From Raja brachyura (taxonomy: Eukaryota): DNA of 57,674 bases. The stretch covers positions 31,316,327 through 31,374,000 of the forward strand of contig OY740808.1 of NCBI GenBank assembly GCA_963514005.1, given 5' to 3'. This document shows, piece after piece, positions 55,434-57,674 of the stretch. Position numbers and translations under genes: made by a program. Each line of letters begins with the position of its first letter. Position 1 is the stretch's first letter. The notes under the pieces are model-generated. The model was not told where the DNA came from. It ran no database searches and worked only from the letters and a program-made list of their open reading frames with translations.

Positions 55434-57221
55434 TTTCGCCGCTATTGCTTACTGTAGGCTTGTTTTATGTTAAGTATCCTGGGGAGAGTTCTGGGCATTT
55501 GCGTACAAAGAAATACCGGGGAATTCTTTATTCAGTACAAACCTTTATTTGAGGATGGTCATTTCAAATGCTTGTAATATTGGTCACAGAAAACAGACAA
55601 CTGCGGATATGTTGCTATATTTGTGCTGCTGTCTAGTCGTAGCGAACTCCGCCCTTCCAGCCTGCTGCAAGGCACCTACCTCCACACCTTGCCACTCCCC
55701 TCCTCCACTGCGGGGAGCTGAAGAGAGACACGTCGCGAAGATAAGAGAAACGCAACACGCACGCTTCACACCATCCCACTAGATAAAGTGACTTTTGTGT
55801 TGGCGAATATGTGGGAGGGACCAGCAAGCACACGAGTCTCGACAGAGTAGAACATGATAAGGCAATTTCAACAGAACAAATTAAAATCCCGCCGTTTAAT
55901 CCAAAACTTATTAACTAGTACAAACTATTCAACGCCCTTATTTGAAGACCAACGTCGAGGGCCACGGTTTTATTTTTGTGCATAAATAACTCAAATCTGC
56001 AAAGAAGCACAAGAAAGTGAATAAATCCTTCACGTTATTGTGAGTGGACATTGTTACAGCGAACCTTTGATGTTTTATGTTTAGCGCGGCGTAAACATTT
56101 TCAAAATCATGCCATTATTAAATCTTTACACATATGTTTCGTGGCTTTTTTTAAATCCTAAAACAGCCACACTCAAAGTTTTCACTAAAATGGTTTAAAC
56201 AACACTATCACTCCGGGGGTAGATTGTGAGAAACTTTTCATTTGTTGATTTTGTTTCTTGTATTTGTTTTGTTTCTTGTAATTATCAGGGTTCGACCTCC
56301 TGATTTTGAAATTGACAGTGGAGGCATGAGGATCGTTGTCTTGGGCGCGCAGTTCAAAGTTACAAAGGCGCATTCAGTAGTTCGCCCTACTTGGCGCCCT
56401 ATTTGGACGTCTAAAGCAGGGCGGACCGGTAACTTTGAAGCTATGCTTGTGACAACAGCAAACCTCACGGTGTCGATACACGAGTTAATCGATGATAATT
56501 AGAACAGGGACCAAACCATTTTTTAAATAAGATATATATATATTAGAGAATGCAACTGGATATAGTTGATGGTAGGGGGAAAGGGAATCAGAGAATGTGA
56601 AACGAGTTACTGAAGGCGAAACAGTCCAGCAGGAAGGGAGATCATCAAATTTGAATTGATGTGAATCTTGGCTACGAGAGAAATCTAAAGCAGATTCTGT
56701 TCGGCTTCTCTCCATTTGGCGGGCCGTCCCTTCAACGCACATGGGTGGGTGCCCTGCAGTTTAGAGGATACTGGAAGGTAGCCCTGGAACGTGAAGGGAT
56801 AACTCTGGAGTCTGTTTTGAGTGAAATCCCCATAAACATTGCTTCCAATTGAAACTAACCAGAACCGCCATTCGGATTCTACACTTAACATCATATTTCG
56901 AGTTGATATAAGATACATAGCTTTGAGGGGTGGGCTTCCGCCCTTGATGCCCTGCACTACGTTGGTTGGCAGTGACCCCACCCTAATTTGCATTTGGCTT
57001 TTGCGACGCGCTGCTATCCCATTACTGGCCATGTTTACTTGAACATATTTCAATTTCAGGCCCAATTTCTTCTACTCAGCAACCAGGAATCTCTCTGAAA
57101 TAAGTTGTTGAGAAAATGGCATGTAAAGCATGATTCGTTGCGATATATATTACACGTACAAATTGGATGGAATTAAAGGTTTCAACCCCTACTCAACTCA
57201 AGGAAATAGTACAGGGAGGAA

Positions 57222-57396
57222 GTGCAGATGCTGGTTTACACTGAAAATAGACAGAAAACGACAGGGTAACTCAACGGGTCGGGCGGCATCCCTGAAGAAA
57301 AAGAATAGGTGACATTTCGGGTCTGAAAATGTCACATGTTCATTTTCTCCAGAGATATTGCCTGAACCGCCGAGTTACTCCAGCATGTTGTGTCTA
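57222..57396. mobile_element. Palindromic Penelope-derived element, diverged
   Basis: tagaca...gtaactcaacgggtc...ggtgacattt and aaatgtcac...gagttactccagcatgttgtgtcta as inverted arms. Confidence 0.72.
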
Positions 57397-57674
57397 GAAA
57401 CAGTAGACACAGTACTTCGGCCTTGATATGTAGTTAATTTGGAGGAGGGGGTGGGGGGTGGGGGGGGGGGGGTGGGGGATTCAATTATATCAAGCTTTAA
57501 AAGATTTCGTGTCAAATGAGAAGCTATCGCAGAAGCCTACCGAATATGTGTTATGTACCAGAAACATAAAGTACCCTCTGAGCTGTCTGGTTTGTACATG
57601 TAATTCTGTGATATTTTAATGCACGTCGTTCAAGTAATCGGATGTTGGAACTGGCACTTAAGGGTTCCACTAAC

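Overview
Vertebrate genomic DNA, very probably from a cartilaginous fish (skate/ray-type V-SINE, CR1, Penelope and Rex1 repeats). It contains one complete protein-coding gene: tbx3 on the minus strand. The gene has 7 coding exons (40812->33276), all introns GT-AG, 2175 nt, 724 aa. The left ~28 kb (downstream of tbx3) is a dense, nested field of retroelements: RTE, HERO-like, L2, CR1, Rex1/Babar, Penelope, V-SINE and DeuSINE-like. It also holds a probable non-autonomous Helitron and N-masked satellite. From ~28.8 kb to ~50.8 kb I see no transposon and many retained CpGs. Most notable non-coding signals: minimal hammerhead-ribozyme motifs with covarying stems in palindromic Penelope-derived insertions; same-orientation CTCF motifs just 3' of tbx3; a perfect DR5 retinoic-acid element upstream; composite BMP/Smad elements near the promoter; three Pumilio elements in the 3' UTR; and an open in-frame 57-nt extension of exon 3 at the position of the mammalian exon 2a. 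I found no convincing new protein-coding system. All family assignments come from recognition of motifs, not database searches.
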